Positions 47,899 to 57,401 of a DNA stretch of 64,000 bases are shown piece after piece. The notes under the pieces are model-generated. The model was not told the DNA's origin, did no database searches, and worked only from the letters and a program-made list of their open reading frames with translations. Numbering within the stretch: position 1 is the stretch's first letter; every line of letters begins with the position of its first letter. Source of the DNA: an uncultured Lacinutrix sp. (lineage in GTDB: Bacteria > Bacteroidota > Bacteroidia > Flavobacteriales > Flavobacteriaceae); contig NZ_CANMSJ010000003.1 in NCBI RefSeq assembly GCF_947500605.1, positions 331,816 to 395,815 of the forward strand, given 5' to 3'. The translations under genes and the position numbers were made by a program.

Positions 47899-48521
47899 TC
47901 TATTAAAATTAGTATTAAAAAACCCAAATAGAATAATCTATTTAAAAACCAAATGTTAAAGGATAGTAACCTGTCTACAGTATTAAGTAGATTTCCTAAA
48001 ATAAAAATAAGAGTACTTGTAGATAGATATATTAATACACCAGCGTTTATATACATAAATTTTCCTGGTTTGCTTAACAAGTTATATAGATGAAAAATAG
48101 AATATATAACTAAAGGAAATGATGTTATAAATATTTCTAAGAGATTAAACTTAGAAAATAAACTAGGATTTAAAGTGTATTGGACTATTAAAATAGAAAA
48201 GATTATAGCGCTTATAATTTTTACATACTTCTTTTGGTTTTTATTAAATAGTTGATTGTAAAATAAAGACAAGAAAATAAATTGAAAAATAAAATAGAAA
48301 TGTGATAAGTATAAGTTGTTTAATTCTAAATTATACAACCTCTGAATTTTTACTATTTGATCACTGCCAATTGAAATACATAAACTAAGAACTAAATAAA
48401 AAACAAAATACTTAACAGCTTTGCTTTTGTTACCTTTTAAGTAACTATAAATATATAATGTAGCATTTATAAAAAGTATTATTATGCCAAGCTGTTTTAA
48501 TGCACCATCAATTTCTTTCAT
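47865..48521 (-). CDS. Stand-alone ~7-TM membrane protein
   Basis: Seven hydrophobic segments; NNLYLSHFY; overlaps the kinase start. Confidence 0.75.
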   Translation of the reverse strand: MKEIDGALKQLGIIILFINATLYIYSYLKGNKSKAVKYFVFYLVLSLCISIGSDQIVKIQRLYNLELNNLYLSHFYFIFQFIFLSLFYNQLFNKNQKKYVKIISAIIFSILIVQYTLNPSLFSKFNLLEIFITSFPLVIYSIFHLYNLLSKPGKFMYINAGVLIYLSTSTLIFILGNLLNTVDRLLSFNIWFLNRLFYLGFLILILIEWKKSLWKTKS

Positions 48522-48529
48522 TCCATTTT

Positions 48530-48973
48530 TTAAGGATTATATAAAGGGCTATTTGGGTCACATGTACTAGGACAAGGTGATGTAAAGTCGAAAACACCAC
48601 TTCCTTCTAGAGCAGCTACTGCTTTTTCTGTTTCTCCATCTGGGCATCCAGAAGGTTTTTCGTTTTCAATAATATCTCTATATATCCCATTACAATCTTT
48701 TACTGTTCCTACAATTAATAGTTTTTCTGTTTCTGCGCTTGGCGGATCGTTTTTTGATTTCTTAATGGCCATATAAGCACGCACTCCAGAGTCTGTAACA
48801 TTCTCTATTGTGTAGTGTCCATCTTCTTGTTTTACAAGCACGTTCATTTCTTCTAAACAAGCAATTAAATCGTTTGAAGGGATTAAAAAAGCTTTAGCAT
48901 GTGTTGGGTTTTCTTCTTGCCATTCACGTGCATAAATAATTGCGTCTTCAAGGTCTATTTGTTTTGCTTTCAT
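48530..48973 (-). CDS. Hypothetical soluble protein with C-terminal DFTxPCPxxC motif
   Basis: 147 aa; AFLIP, GVRAYM, EKLLIVG, FDFTSPCPSTCD. Confidence 0.8.
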   Translation of the reverse strand: MKAKQIDLEDAIIYAREWQEENPTHAKAFLIPSNDLIACLEEMNVLVKQEDGHYTIENVTDSGVRAYMAIKKSKNDPPSAETEKLLIVGTVKDCNGIYRDIIENEKPSGCPDGETEKAVAALEGSGVFDFTSPCPSTCDPNSPLYNP

Positions 48974-49145
48974 AATATTATTTTTAGTTGGTTATTATAT
49001 AAAAGTACTAAAATATTGTTATTGAGCAATATAGGGGCTTAAAAACAGGTGTAAACCCCTATTTTTTAATATGAGTAAAAATGCTCTAAAAAACGAGAAT
49101 TGTCTAGGGTACATTTACAGAATTAATCAACTAAAAATAAAAATT

Positions 49146-49673
49146 ATGGAACAGTTTATTGGACAAATTTTAATGTTTGGAGGGAATTTTGCACCTAGGA
49201 ATTGGGCATTTTGCAACGGTCAGTTATTATCTATTTCTAGCAATACAGCACTGTTTTCTATTTTAGGAACAACTTATGGTGGAGATGGAAGAACAACTTT
49301 TGGATTGCCAGATCTTAGAGGTCGCGTCCCTGTACATGCAGGTGATGGACCAGGATTGCCTGTAGTAAAATTAGGACAAAAAGGTGGTAATGCAAGTGTT
49401 ACACTTAACGTAAGTGAAATACCAGCTCATGCGCATGGAGCTACAATTGAGGCCGTTAGTCCGCTTCCTAGAGGAGGAGTGACAGTTGCAGATCCAGCAA
49501 ATGCATATAATGCTCAAGGTGGAGTATATGCAATGGGTAAAAATGCTACAATGGCTGCAGATAGTGTGTCTGTTGGACAAACTGGAGGTAGCCAGCCACA
49601 CGATAATATGCAACCTTATCAAGTTGTGAATTATATTATTGCTTTACAAGGTATATTTCCATCAAGAAGCTAA
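49146..49673 (+). CDS. Phage tail collar domain protein (MdpB-like)
   Basis: FIGQILMFGGNFAPRNWAFCNGQLL..LFSILGTTYGGDG.TTF.LPDLRGR; ATG at 49146. Confidence 0.92.
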   Translation: MEQFIGQILMFGGNFAPRNWAFCNGQLLSISSNTALFSILGTTYGGDGRTTFGLPDLRGRVPVHAGDGPGLPVVKLGQKGGNASVTLNVSEIPAHAHGATIEAVSPLPRGGVTVADPANAYNAQGGVYAMGKNATMAADSVSVGQTGGSQPHDNMQPYQVVNYIIALQGIFPSRS

Positions 49674-49743
49674 TTAAAAATTTAATCAAAGGCAAAAGGA
49701 GTCTAATCCTTGCCTTTGGTTTTCATTATTAAAACTTATTATT

Positions 49744-50559
49744 ATGAAAAAAAACTACACTTTAAAAAAGGCAACATTAGATAGCATTTTTTTTTGTTGC
49801 TTAATCATGTTAAGTTATAGCGTAAATGCACAAGTATTAAATTTTACTATTGATACGGCAGTAGATGATGGTGTAAGTATTACAGAAACACTTACTACAG
49901 GATCTGATACCTATGTATTACTAATAGACGTTCCTAATTCAGGAGCTGAAACTGTAGTGCCTTTATCTGGTGCCGATTTAATCTTCTATTTTGGAAGTGG
50001 AGCTACTATAAATACCTTTACTCTTACACTTACTAAAAATGGTAACCCTATAAATTTTAAATTAAACGGAATGGATTATGACACAGTAGAAACAGGGAGT
50101 ATTTCTATTGTAAACCAAGATGATGAAGTCATTTCATTAGAGCAAGAATATCTAGTAGGTGCTGGTGCTATACCTATAAATAATCCAAGTAATGCTGTAG
50201 ATATTACAGCATTTAAGATTCTTCAGCCAGATGTGAGTGATAATACCGATTTTGCATTTCACAATATAGAGGTAGATGTTCTTGATACATTAAGTACGGG
50301 AGCGTCTGTGTCTTTAGGTAGTCAAGTTGCTGTTTTTCCAAACCCATCTAATGGAGATATAACAATTAAAAATTCTGGTGTAACTTTATATACAGCTGTA
50401 GTTACAGATATTAAAGGCCGAACAATCGAGACTATTAATTTAAATGGAATAAAAACCAATAAAAACTTAGATTTAAGTTCAAAATTATTTTCAGGGTTAT
50501 ATTTTGTTTCTATTATATCTGAAAAAGGTACAATTACTAAAAAGCTAATTATAAAATAA
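49744..50559 (+). CDS. T9SS type A sorting domain protein
   Basis: Signal peptide ending VNAQ; CTD VFPNPSNG..SGLYFVSI..TKKLIIK. Confidence 0.9.
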   Translation: MKKNYTLKKATLDSIFFCCLIMLSYSVNAQVLNFTIDTAVDDGVSITETLTTGSDTYVLLIDVPNSGAETVVPLSGADLIFYFGSGATINTFTLTLTKNGNPINFKLNGMDYDTVETGSISIVNQDDEVISLEQEYLVGAGAIPINNPSNAVDITAFKILQPDVSDNTDFAFHNIEVDVLDTLSTGASVSLGSQVAVFPNPSNGDITIKNSGVTLYTAVVTDIKGRTIETINLNGIKTNKNLDLSSKLFSGLYFVSIISEKGTITKKLIIK

Positions 50560-50578
50560 ATAATTTAATTTATTAAAC

Positions 50579-50609
50579 AAACTCTTAAAGCGATTTAAGA
50601 GTTTTTTTT
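50579..50609. terminator. Intrinsic terminator
   Basis: aaactcttaaa-gcga-tttaagagttt plus T tract. Confidence 0.85.
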
Positions 50610-50660
50610 GTTAGTTTTAGTTGTTCTATTTTGAAAACTTTCGAAGTAATAGAGACTTCT

Positions 50661-51131
50661 TTATATCTTAATCTGTCTATCAATTTGCTGGTTTAGAGAA
50701 ATAAAAGTTTCTGTTCTCGATACACCTTCTATAGATTGAATGTCTTTATTTAAAACATGCATAAGGTGCTCGTTATCTTTACAAAGAATTTTTATAAAAA
50801 TACTCCAGTTCCCTGTAGTGTAATGGCATTCTAAGACTTCAGGTATTTTTTTTAGTTGTTTTACAGCTTCGGGATTACTCATGGCTTTGTCTAGGTAAAC
50901 ACCAATATATGCCATGGTAGTATAGCCTAATACTTTTGGGTTTATTATAAATTTAGAACCTGCTATTAATCCAGATTTTTCTAGTTTTTTTAAACGTTGG
51001 TGTATTGCTGCTCCAGAGATGCCTACTTGTCTGGCAATTTCTAAAACAGGTGTTCTTGCATCTTCCATTAAGGCACGAAGTATCTTTTTATCGATACCAT
51101 CTATATGTATGTTTTGGTTTATAACCTTCAT
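50661..51131 (-). CDS. Lrp/AsnC family transcriptional regulator
   Basis: IDKKIL..L..DAR, RLKKLEKSGLI, CHYTTG. Confidence 0.95.
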   Translation of the reverse strand: MKVINQNIHIDGIDKKILRALMEDARTPVLEIARQVGISGAAIHQRLKKLEKSGLIAGSKFIINPKVLGYTTMAYIGVYLDKAMSNPEAVKQLKKIPEVLECHYTTGNWSIFIKILCKDNEHLMHVLNKDIQSIEGVSRTETFISLNQQIDRQIKI

Positions 51132-51272
51132 TTAAATGTTTTTAGTACCGCTACAGCGGAAAATCTATTAGTATTTATTACTTTTTAAGTGTAGTAAAAC
51201 TCTAATTTAAAACATAAAAGTACTAAAATAGTATGAAACTGAAACTTTAATTTAATATGATGCTTAGGTAAG

Positions 51273-51383
51273 TGCGTTAAGGATAGAAGTGGTATCCTTT
51301 TTTTTGCTGTCATAAATGGCAAAAAAAGATATAACGTAGAGCCTGACCAAGACAATGCCTTTAGGCAAGTCTTGGTAACGCCC
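51273..51383. repeat. Flavo-1-like element, copy 3
   Basis: tgcgttaaggatagaagtggtatcc-T8..A7-gatataacgtagagcctga-hairpin-aacgccc. Confidence 0.7.
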
Positions 51384-51390
51384 AAATATA

Positions 51391-52755
51391 TTATACGTGT
51401 AAGGGATTGTAACCTAAATAAGGTACTTTTTTCTCTTTAAAGATAATACCATAATCTTCCAGTTCTTCTAAAATTGGCTCGTAAACTTCTTTGTTTATAG
51501 GTCTTAAAACGCCAGGAGTGGTAATTTTTTTGTTAAGTATAGCCATTGCAGCCATTGCTACTGGTAAGCCAACGGTTTTTGCCATTGCTGTATAGGTTTG
51601 GTCTTCTCCTAAAGTTACCATTGTAGCATCTATTTGGTAGTTTTTACCATTTAATTGGTAACCAAATTTATGATACATTACAATCATGTCTTTATCTGTT
51701 GGGTCTAATGTCCAACTATCCATTAATATTTTTTGTAATATTTGCGCAGGAGTTGCTTTATCTAGAGTTACCATTTTTGTAGGACTAAAAATATCTAACT
51801 CTTCAAATTTATCCCAAACCACATCATCTTGGTCAATTTTTAATGCGTGTCTAAATTTAATTTCTACAGAATCTGTAGGGCTATATGGTAAAAATGAGTT
51901 TACAAAATCGCGATAACTCATGTTTTTACTATCGTCTATTGTATAGCTATCGTCTGTCATGCCTAATGCTGCAAAAACATTCCAAGCACGGCTAAAACCA
52001 ACACGTCTTATAGTACCACGATACAATGTTTTAATAGCGTCAAGACCATAAATATCTTGATATTTTAAAGAATCTCTGTTGGCATAGGCTTCAAAACGCC
52101 CAAAACCATCAACTTCTAAAAACTCTGTTCGTCTAAATAAACGATTGTATGGTATGTATTTATAAGTGCCTTCTTGTAAAAATTTTGCTGCACTACCTTG
52201 TCCTGCTAAAACTACATTTCTTGGGTTCCAAGTAAATTTGTAGTTCCATAAATTATTGTCGCTTTCTGGAGCAACTAAACCACCAGTAAAAGATTCGAAT
52301 AATATTAGTTTTCCGCCTTGATCTTCTATTCTATCTATTACGTGCATGGCACTCATGTGGTCGATTCCTGGATCTACACCTATTTCATTCATGAAAACTA
52401 AGCCTTTTTCTTTTGCTTGCGCGTCTAAAGCTTGCATTTCGTCGCTAACATAAGATGCTGTTACCATATTTTTGTTATAGGTAATACAGTCTTTTGCAAC
52501 TTCTATATGAAAACGTGCAGGAAGCATAGAAATTACTATATCTGCAGATTTTACAGCTGTAACTCTCGATTTTTCGTTAAAAACATCTAAAGTTATTGCG
52601 GTTGCATTTTTATGATTACTTGTAAGTTTTGATGCGTTTGCTATGTCTAAATCACCAACAGTTATATGTAGGTTTTCAGTTTCAGATTTGTCTAAAAGAT
52701 ACTTTATTAAATAAGATGCAGATTTTCCTGATCCTATAACCAAAATGTTTCTCAT
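51391..52755 (-). CDS. Saccharopine dehydrogenase family protein
   Basis: Rossmann VIGSGKS, VTASY, GVDPGIDH, MAKTVGLP. Confidence 0.92.
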   Translation of the reverse strand: MRNILVIGSGKSASYLIKYLLDKSETENLHITVGDLDIANASKLTSNHKNATAITLDVFNEKSRVTAVKSADIVISMLPARFHIEVAKDCITYNKNMVTASYVSDEMQALDAQAKEKGLVFMNEIGVDPGIDHMSAMHVIDRIEDQGGKLILFESFTGGLVAPESDNNLWNYKFTWNPRNVVLAGQGSAAKFLQEGTYKYIPYNRLFRRTEFLEVDGFGRFEAYANRDSLKYQDIYGLDAIKTLYRGTIRRVGFSRAWNVFAALGMTDDSYTIDDSKNMSYRDFVNSFLPYSPTDSVEIKFRHALKIDQDDVVWDKFEELDIFSPTKMVTLDKATPAQILQKILMDSWTLDPTDKDMIVMYHKFGYQLNGKNYQIDATMVTLGEDQTYTAMAKTVGLPVAMAAMAILNKKITTPGVLRPINKEVYEPILEELEDYGIIFKEKKVPYLGYNPLHV

Positions 52756-52838
52756 ATTAAGAATTGTTATGTAATTTTGTATATAAAATACGAATGTAAT
52801 AAATGCTAGCGTTATTTAAACTCAAATAATACATTTAT

Positions 52839-53219
52839 ATGAATAAAAGAATATTAATTCTAGCCACTATTTTTGGCTTTTTAGCAGTTGTAATTGGAGC
52901 ATTTGCTGCTCATGGATTAAAGCCCAAAATTTCTGCTTCTGCAATGCAATCTTTTGAGACAGGAGTACGTTATCAAATGTATCATGCACTATTACTATTG
53001 TTTGTTGGTAATATGGATGGTATATCTGCTAAAGCAAAAAAAATAGTGTTTTATTTAATAGGCGTTGGTATTTTGTTTTTTTCGGGTTCAATATATAGTT
53101 TGGCTACCAATAGTTTAACTAGTTTCGATTTTAGCGTAATTGGTTTTATTACTCCAATTGGAGGATTATTATTTATTTTGTCTTGGGTAGTCTTATTTGT
53201 GGAATTTGTAAAAAAATAA
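52839..53219 (+). CDS. DUF423 family membrane protein
   Basis: GAFAAHGL, FETGVRYQMYH, FSGSIY, TPIGG. Confidence 0.9.
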   Translation: MNKRILILATIFGFLAVVIGAFAAHGLKPKISASAMQSFETGVRYQMYHALLLLFVGNMDGISAKAKKIVFYLIGVGILFFSGSIYSLATNSLTSFDFSVIGFITPIGGLLFILSWVVLFVEFVKK

Positions 53220-53292
53220 GATAAATAACTTGTATTTTTATCAGTATCTCATATTTATGTTTAATTTTACACTCTAAACAATAATCTAAATT

Positions 53293-54909
53293 ATGGTAAA
53301 CCATACACAATCTACGAAATCGATTTCGTTAGAACAATACGGTATTAAGAACGCTAATGTTCAATACCAACTATCTCCTCAAGAATTACAAGATATAACA
53401 ATCGAGAAAGGACAAGGCGTGCAAGCGTCTTCCGGAGCTTTAGCTGTTAATACAGGTGAGTTTACTGGGCGTTCTCCAATGGATCGTTTTATTGTAAAAG
53501 ACGATATCACAAAAGATCGCGTTTGGTGGGGAGACATAAACATTCCTTTCGATTCTGCTAAGTTTGATAAACTTTATAATAAAGTTGTCGATTATTTATC
53601 TGAAAAAGAAGTGTTTGTAAGAGACAGTTATGCTTGTGCAGACGAAGATTATAAATTAAATATTCGTGTAATCAATGAGTTCCCTTGGAGTAACATGTTT
53701 GCATATAATATGTTTTTACGCCCAACAGAAGAGGAGTTAAAAGATTTCTCTCCAGAATGGACTATTGTAAACGCACCAGGTTTTATGGCTAATCCGGAAG
53801 AAGATGGAACACGCCAACATAACTTTGCTATCTTAAACTTTGAAAAGAAAATAGCCCTTATAGGCGGAACTGGTTACACTGGTGAAATTAAAAAAGGTAT
53901 TTTCTCTGCATTAAACTTTATACTTCCAGTATTTAAAAACACTTTACCAATGCACTGTAGTGCTAATGTTGGTAAAAATGATGATACTGCTATTTTCTTT
54001 GGACTATCAGGAACAGGAAAAACTACATTATCTACAGATCCTGAGAGAAGTTTAATTGGTGACGATGAGCATGGTTGGACTGCAGAAAACACTGTCTTTA
54101 ATTTTGAAGGTGGTTGTTATGCCAAAGTAATTAACCTTTCTCAAGAACAGGAACCAGAAATATTTGCAGCTATAAAAGAAGGTGCAATTCTGGAGAATGT
54201 AAAAATGAATGCTAAAGGAGAAGTAGATTTTGAAGATACTTCTATTACACAAAATACACGTGTAAGTTACCCAATTCATCATATTGAAAATATTAAGAAG
54301 CCATCTATAGGAAAGAATCCTAAAAATATATTCTTTTTAACAGCAGATGCTTTTGGTGTATTACCTCCAATTTCTAAATTAACACCAGCACAAGCGGCAT
54401 ACCATTTTATTTCTGGTTATACTGCTAAGGTTGCAGGAACAGAAGCTGGAGTTAAAGAACCACAACCATCGTTCTCAGCTTGTTTTGGAGCACCTTTTAT
54501 GCCATTACATCCTACAAAGTATGCAGAGATGTTAAGTAAAAAGATGTTAGATGCTAACGTTAATGTATGGTTAGTTAACACAGGATGGTCTGGCGGATCT
54601 TACGGTGTTGGTAAACGTATGAAATTAAAATATACACGTGCTATGATTAGTGCAGTGTTAAATGGTGATTTAGGATTGTATAATTACGATGATTACCATA
54701 TTCACTCTGTATTTGGAGTTGCACAGCCAAGAACATGTCCTGGAGTACCAACAGAAGTGTTGAGCCCAAGAGCAACTTGGAAAGATGATAAAGCATATTA
54801 TGATACTGCTTTTAAATTAGCCAATGCATTTAGAAAAAACTTCGAACAGTTTGAAGACAATGCAAGCGAAGAAATAAGACGTGGTGGACCACAACGTTAT
54901 GCTTACTAA
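53293..54909 (+). CDS. pckA: Phosphoenolpyruvate carboxykinase (ATP)
   Basis: GYTGEIKK, GLSGTGKTT, IGDDEHGW, FEGGCYAK. Confidence 0.98.
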   Translation: MVNHTQSTKSISLEQYGIKNANVQYQLSPQELQDITIEKGQGVQASSGALAVNTGEFTGRSPMDRFIVKDDITKDRVWWGDINIPFDSAKFDKLYNKVVDYLSEKEVFVRDSYACADEDYKLNIRVINEFPWSNMFAYNMFLRPTEEELKDFSPEWTIVNAPGFMANPEEDGTRQHNFAILNFEKKIALIGGTGYTGEIKKGIFSALNFILPVFKNTLPMHCSANVGKNDDTAIFFGLSGTGKTTLSTDPERSLIGDDEHGWTAENTVFNFEGGCYAKVINLSQEQEPEIFAAIKEGAILENVKMNAKGEVDFEDTSITQNTRVSYPIHHIENIKKPSIGKNPKNIFFLTADAFGVLPPISKLTPAQAAYHFISGYTAKVAGTEAGVKEPQPSFSACFGAPFMPLHPTKYAEMLSKKMLDANVNVWLVNTGWSGGSYGVGKRMKLKYTRAMISAVLNGDLGLYNYDDYHIHSVFGVAQPRTCPGVPTEVLSPRATWKDDKAYYDTAFKLANAFRKNFEQFEDNASEEIRRGGPQRYAY

Positions 54910-54930
54910 GTATAGCTAAACTATAAAACT

Positions 54931-54964
54931 AAAAAAGGCTTCTCGATAGAGAAGCCTTTTTTTA
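54931..54964. terminator. Bidirectional intrinsic terminator
   Basis: A6-ggcttctc-gata-gagaagcc-T8. Confidence 0.9.
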
Positions 54965-54982
54965 TGAGGTGTAAAATAATAA

Positions 54983-55729
54983 TTATTTTTTGTTTACAAG
55001 TGTAATGTATTTTTTTAATGCCATCGTCATAGAAGGTGTTTCTGGTGTTGGAGCAGCAATATCTACTCTTAAACCTTTTGCTTCTACAGCTTTTATTGTT
55101 GTGTTTCCAAACACTGCAATTCTCGTGTCTTTTTGTTCGAAATCTGGGAAATTATGAAATAAAGAATCAATACCACTTGGGCTAAAGAATACTAATATAT
55201 CATAGGTTACGTTTTCTAGATCAGATAAATCACTAATTACAGTTTTGTAAAAAACAGCTTCTTTCCAGTTTACGCCTAAACCATTTAAAACTTCTGGCAC
55301 TTCTGCTTTTAGTTTATCCGCTGCAGGTAATAAAAATGTTTCGTCTTTATATTTTTTAATTAAAGGAGAAAGTTCTGAAAATGTACGCTTACCAACATAG
55401 ATTTTACGTTTTCTGTATACTACGTATTTTTGAAGGTAATAGGCTACGGCCTCAGACTGGCAAAAATATTTCATGCTGTCTGGCACTTTAAAACGCATTT
55501 CGTCGGCTACTCTAAAAAAGTGATCGACTGCATTTCTACTGGTTAGTATAATGGCTGTAAATTTACCAAGATCGATTTTTTGTTGTCTAATTTCCTTAGA
55601 AGGAACACCTTCTACATGAATAAAAGGACGAAAATCTATTTTAACTTTCTGTCTTTCTGACAAGTCGAAATATGGTGAGTTTTCTATTTTAGGTTCCGGT
55701 TGCGATACTAAAATGGTTTTTACTTTCAT
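54983..55729 (-). CDS. hemD: Uroporphyrinogen-III synthase family protein
   Basis: ILVSQP, IILTSRNAV, FFSPSGI, AVFGNTT. Confidence 0.82.
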   Translation of the reverse strand: MKVKTILVSQPEPKIENSPYFDLSERQKVKIDFRPFIHVEGVPSKEIRQQKIDLGKFTAIILTSRNAVDHFFRVADEMRFKVPDSMKYFCQSEAVAYYLQKYVVYRKRKIYVGKRTFSELSPLIKKYKDETFLLPAADKLKAEVPEVLNGLGVNWKEAVFYKTVISDLSDLENVTYDILVFFSPSGIDSLFHNFPDFEQKDTRIAVFGNTTIKAVEAKGLRVDIAAPTPETPSMTMALKKYITLVNKK

Positions 55730-55752
55730 ATTCTAATAGCTTTTTTAAGACC

Positions 55753-56400
55753 TTATTGTAGTGTATATAACTTATACAAAACTAGATAAGGTGAAATTTC
55801 AAGTGCGCAAAGATACAAAATAAAATAGAGCCAATTCTTTTTTATAGTTTTAAGATTGTTTTTTATAAATAATAGAATGCCATATACGTTAATTAAGGCC
55901 AGTAATACTGCAAAAATGGAGGTGTTTGTTTGTGTTGGATACCAAGAATAAATTAGGATAGCATTAATAGGTATTAGTAATAAACCTAAGAAGTTTTTAT
56001 AACTTACTTTTAAAAAAATGTAATTATCAATAATAGCATCCATATTAAGAATACTACTTACTAAACGTTCTAATAGTATTTTAACAAGAAACAAAACACT
56101 AATACCAAAGGCTAGTTTAGGTGTTGTTATGTATTCGGTTGCAGGAATATTAATACTTAAATTAAAGCATAGTAATGTAAAAACGGTTAAACTAATAACG
56201 AGGTTTAAAAAGAGTAAGCCTTCAAAGAGGTCAAAAAACTTCTGTTCTCGAGAATAGACTTTTAAGTATCTAAAGTTTATTAATAGTACTTGAAAGTCTC
56301 TAAAACGTTTTGGAAATAAAAGTTTAGTGATTGCAACTAGAACAAGGCAAATTATTAGTAAAATGGTATATAGTTCGGTTGAAAGGACTTCTCTTAGCAT
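55753..56400 (-). CDS. DUF4271 family membrane protein
   Basis: Multi-TM; C-terminal YFILYLCALEISP. Confidence 0.8.
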   Translation of the reverse strand: MLREVLSTELYTILLIICLVLVAITKLLFPKRFRDFQVLLINFRYLKVYSREQKFFDLFEGLLFLNLVISLTVFTLLCFNLSINIPATEYITTPKLAFGISVLFLVKILLERLVSSILNMDAIIDNYIFLKVSYKNFLGLLLIPINAILIYSWYPTQTNTSIFAVLLALINVYGILLFIKNNLKTIKKNWLYFILYLCALEISPYLVLYKLYTLQ

Positions 56401-56674
56401 GCCGTAAAATTATTATAAAATTCTTAAGGCGATGCATCATTTATTAAGAAATTTTTATAAAAAAGCAATTGTCAAATTATGTACATTTGCCAAGAACTCA
56501 TTTAAGCTTTTTCTATTGTAGCTAAAATTAGTCCTAAAATATAACTAGTTAAGGTGTTTTTTTTAGTTTTATAACATAGTTTATAGACTTTAAAGCAAAC
56601 AGAAGAATAGTTGTATGTTGACTTTTTTTATCAAACAATAAAAAGGAATGTGTTCGTTTAATTAAAGATTTTTA

Positions 56675-57397
56675 ATGCAAGACGCTGTTGTAATTATACC
56701 CACTTTTAACGAAATTGAAAACATCGAGGCTATTATCGAGACAGTTTTTAGTCAAGAAAAAGCGTTTCATGTTTTGGTGGTAGACGATAATTCTCCAGAT
56801 GGTACTGCAGATAAAGTAAGGGAGCTGCAAAGTAAATATTCTGACTCTTTATTTTTAGAAGTTAGAAAAGAAAAATCGGGTTTAGGTACTGCTTATATTC
56901 ACGGTTTTAAATGGTGTTTGCAAAGAGCGTATGAGTATGTTTTTGAAATGGATGCAGATTTCTCTCACAATCCTAAAGACCTAGTAAGGCTTTATAATGC
57001 ATGCCACCAAAAAGGAGCTGCATTAAGTATTGGATCGCGTTATGTAAAAGGTATAAATGTTGTTAATTGGCCTTTAAGCCGAATTATATTATCTTATGGT
57101 GCCTCTATTTATGTGCGTTTAATTACAGGAATGCGCATTAATGATAGTACAGCAGGTTTTATTTGCTACCATAGAAGTGTATTAGAAAGTATTAATTTTG
57201 ATGATATTAAATTTATAGGTTACGCTTTTCAAATAGAAATGAAATTTAAAGCCTATTTAAAGCATTTTAAAATTGTAGAAGTTCCAGTGATTTTTACAGA
57301 CAGAACAAAAGGACAATCTAAATTAAGCACAGGTATTATTTCCGAAGCAATATTTGGAGTAGTCTCAATGAAATTTAAAAGTATATTCAATAAATAA
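56675..57397 (+). CDS. Polyprenol monophosphomannose synthase (GT2)
   Basis: [31 protein letters not shown]. Confidence 0.92.
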   Translation: MQDAVVIIPTFNEIENIEAIIETVFSQEKAFHVLVVDDNSPDGTADKVRELQSKYSDSLFLEVRKEKSGLGTAYIHGFKWCLQRAYEYVFEMDADFSHNPKDLVRLYNACHQKGAALSIGSRYVKGINVVNWPLSRIILSYGASIYVRLITGMRINDSTAGFICYHRSVLESINFDDIKFIGYAFQIEMKFKAYLKHFKIVEVPVIFTDRTKGQSKLSTGIISEAIFGVVSMKFKSIFNK

Positions 57398-57401
57398 AAT
57401 A

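Noticed and set aside
49146-49673. Prophage or eCIS locus
   Set aside because: Only a single tail-collar gene is present; there are no sheath, tube, baseplate, capsid, terminase or integrase genes
51185-51385. 66-aa minus-strand ORF
   Set aside because: It coincides with the third Flavo-1-like copy
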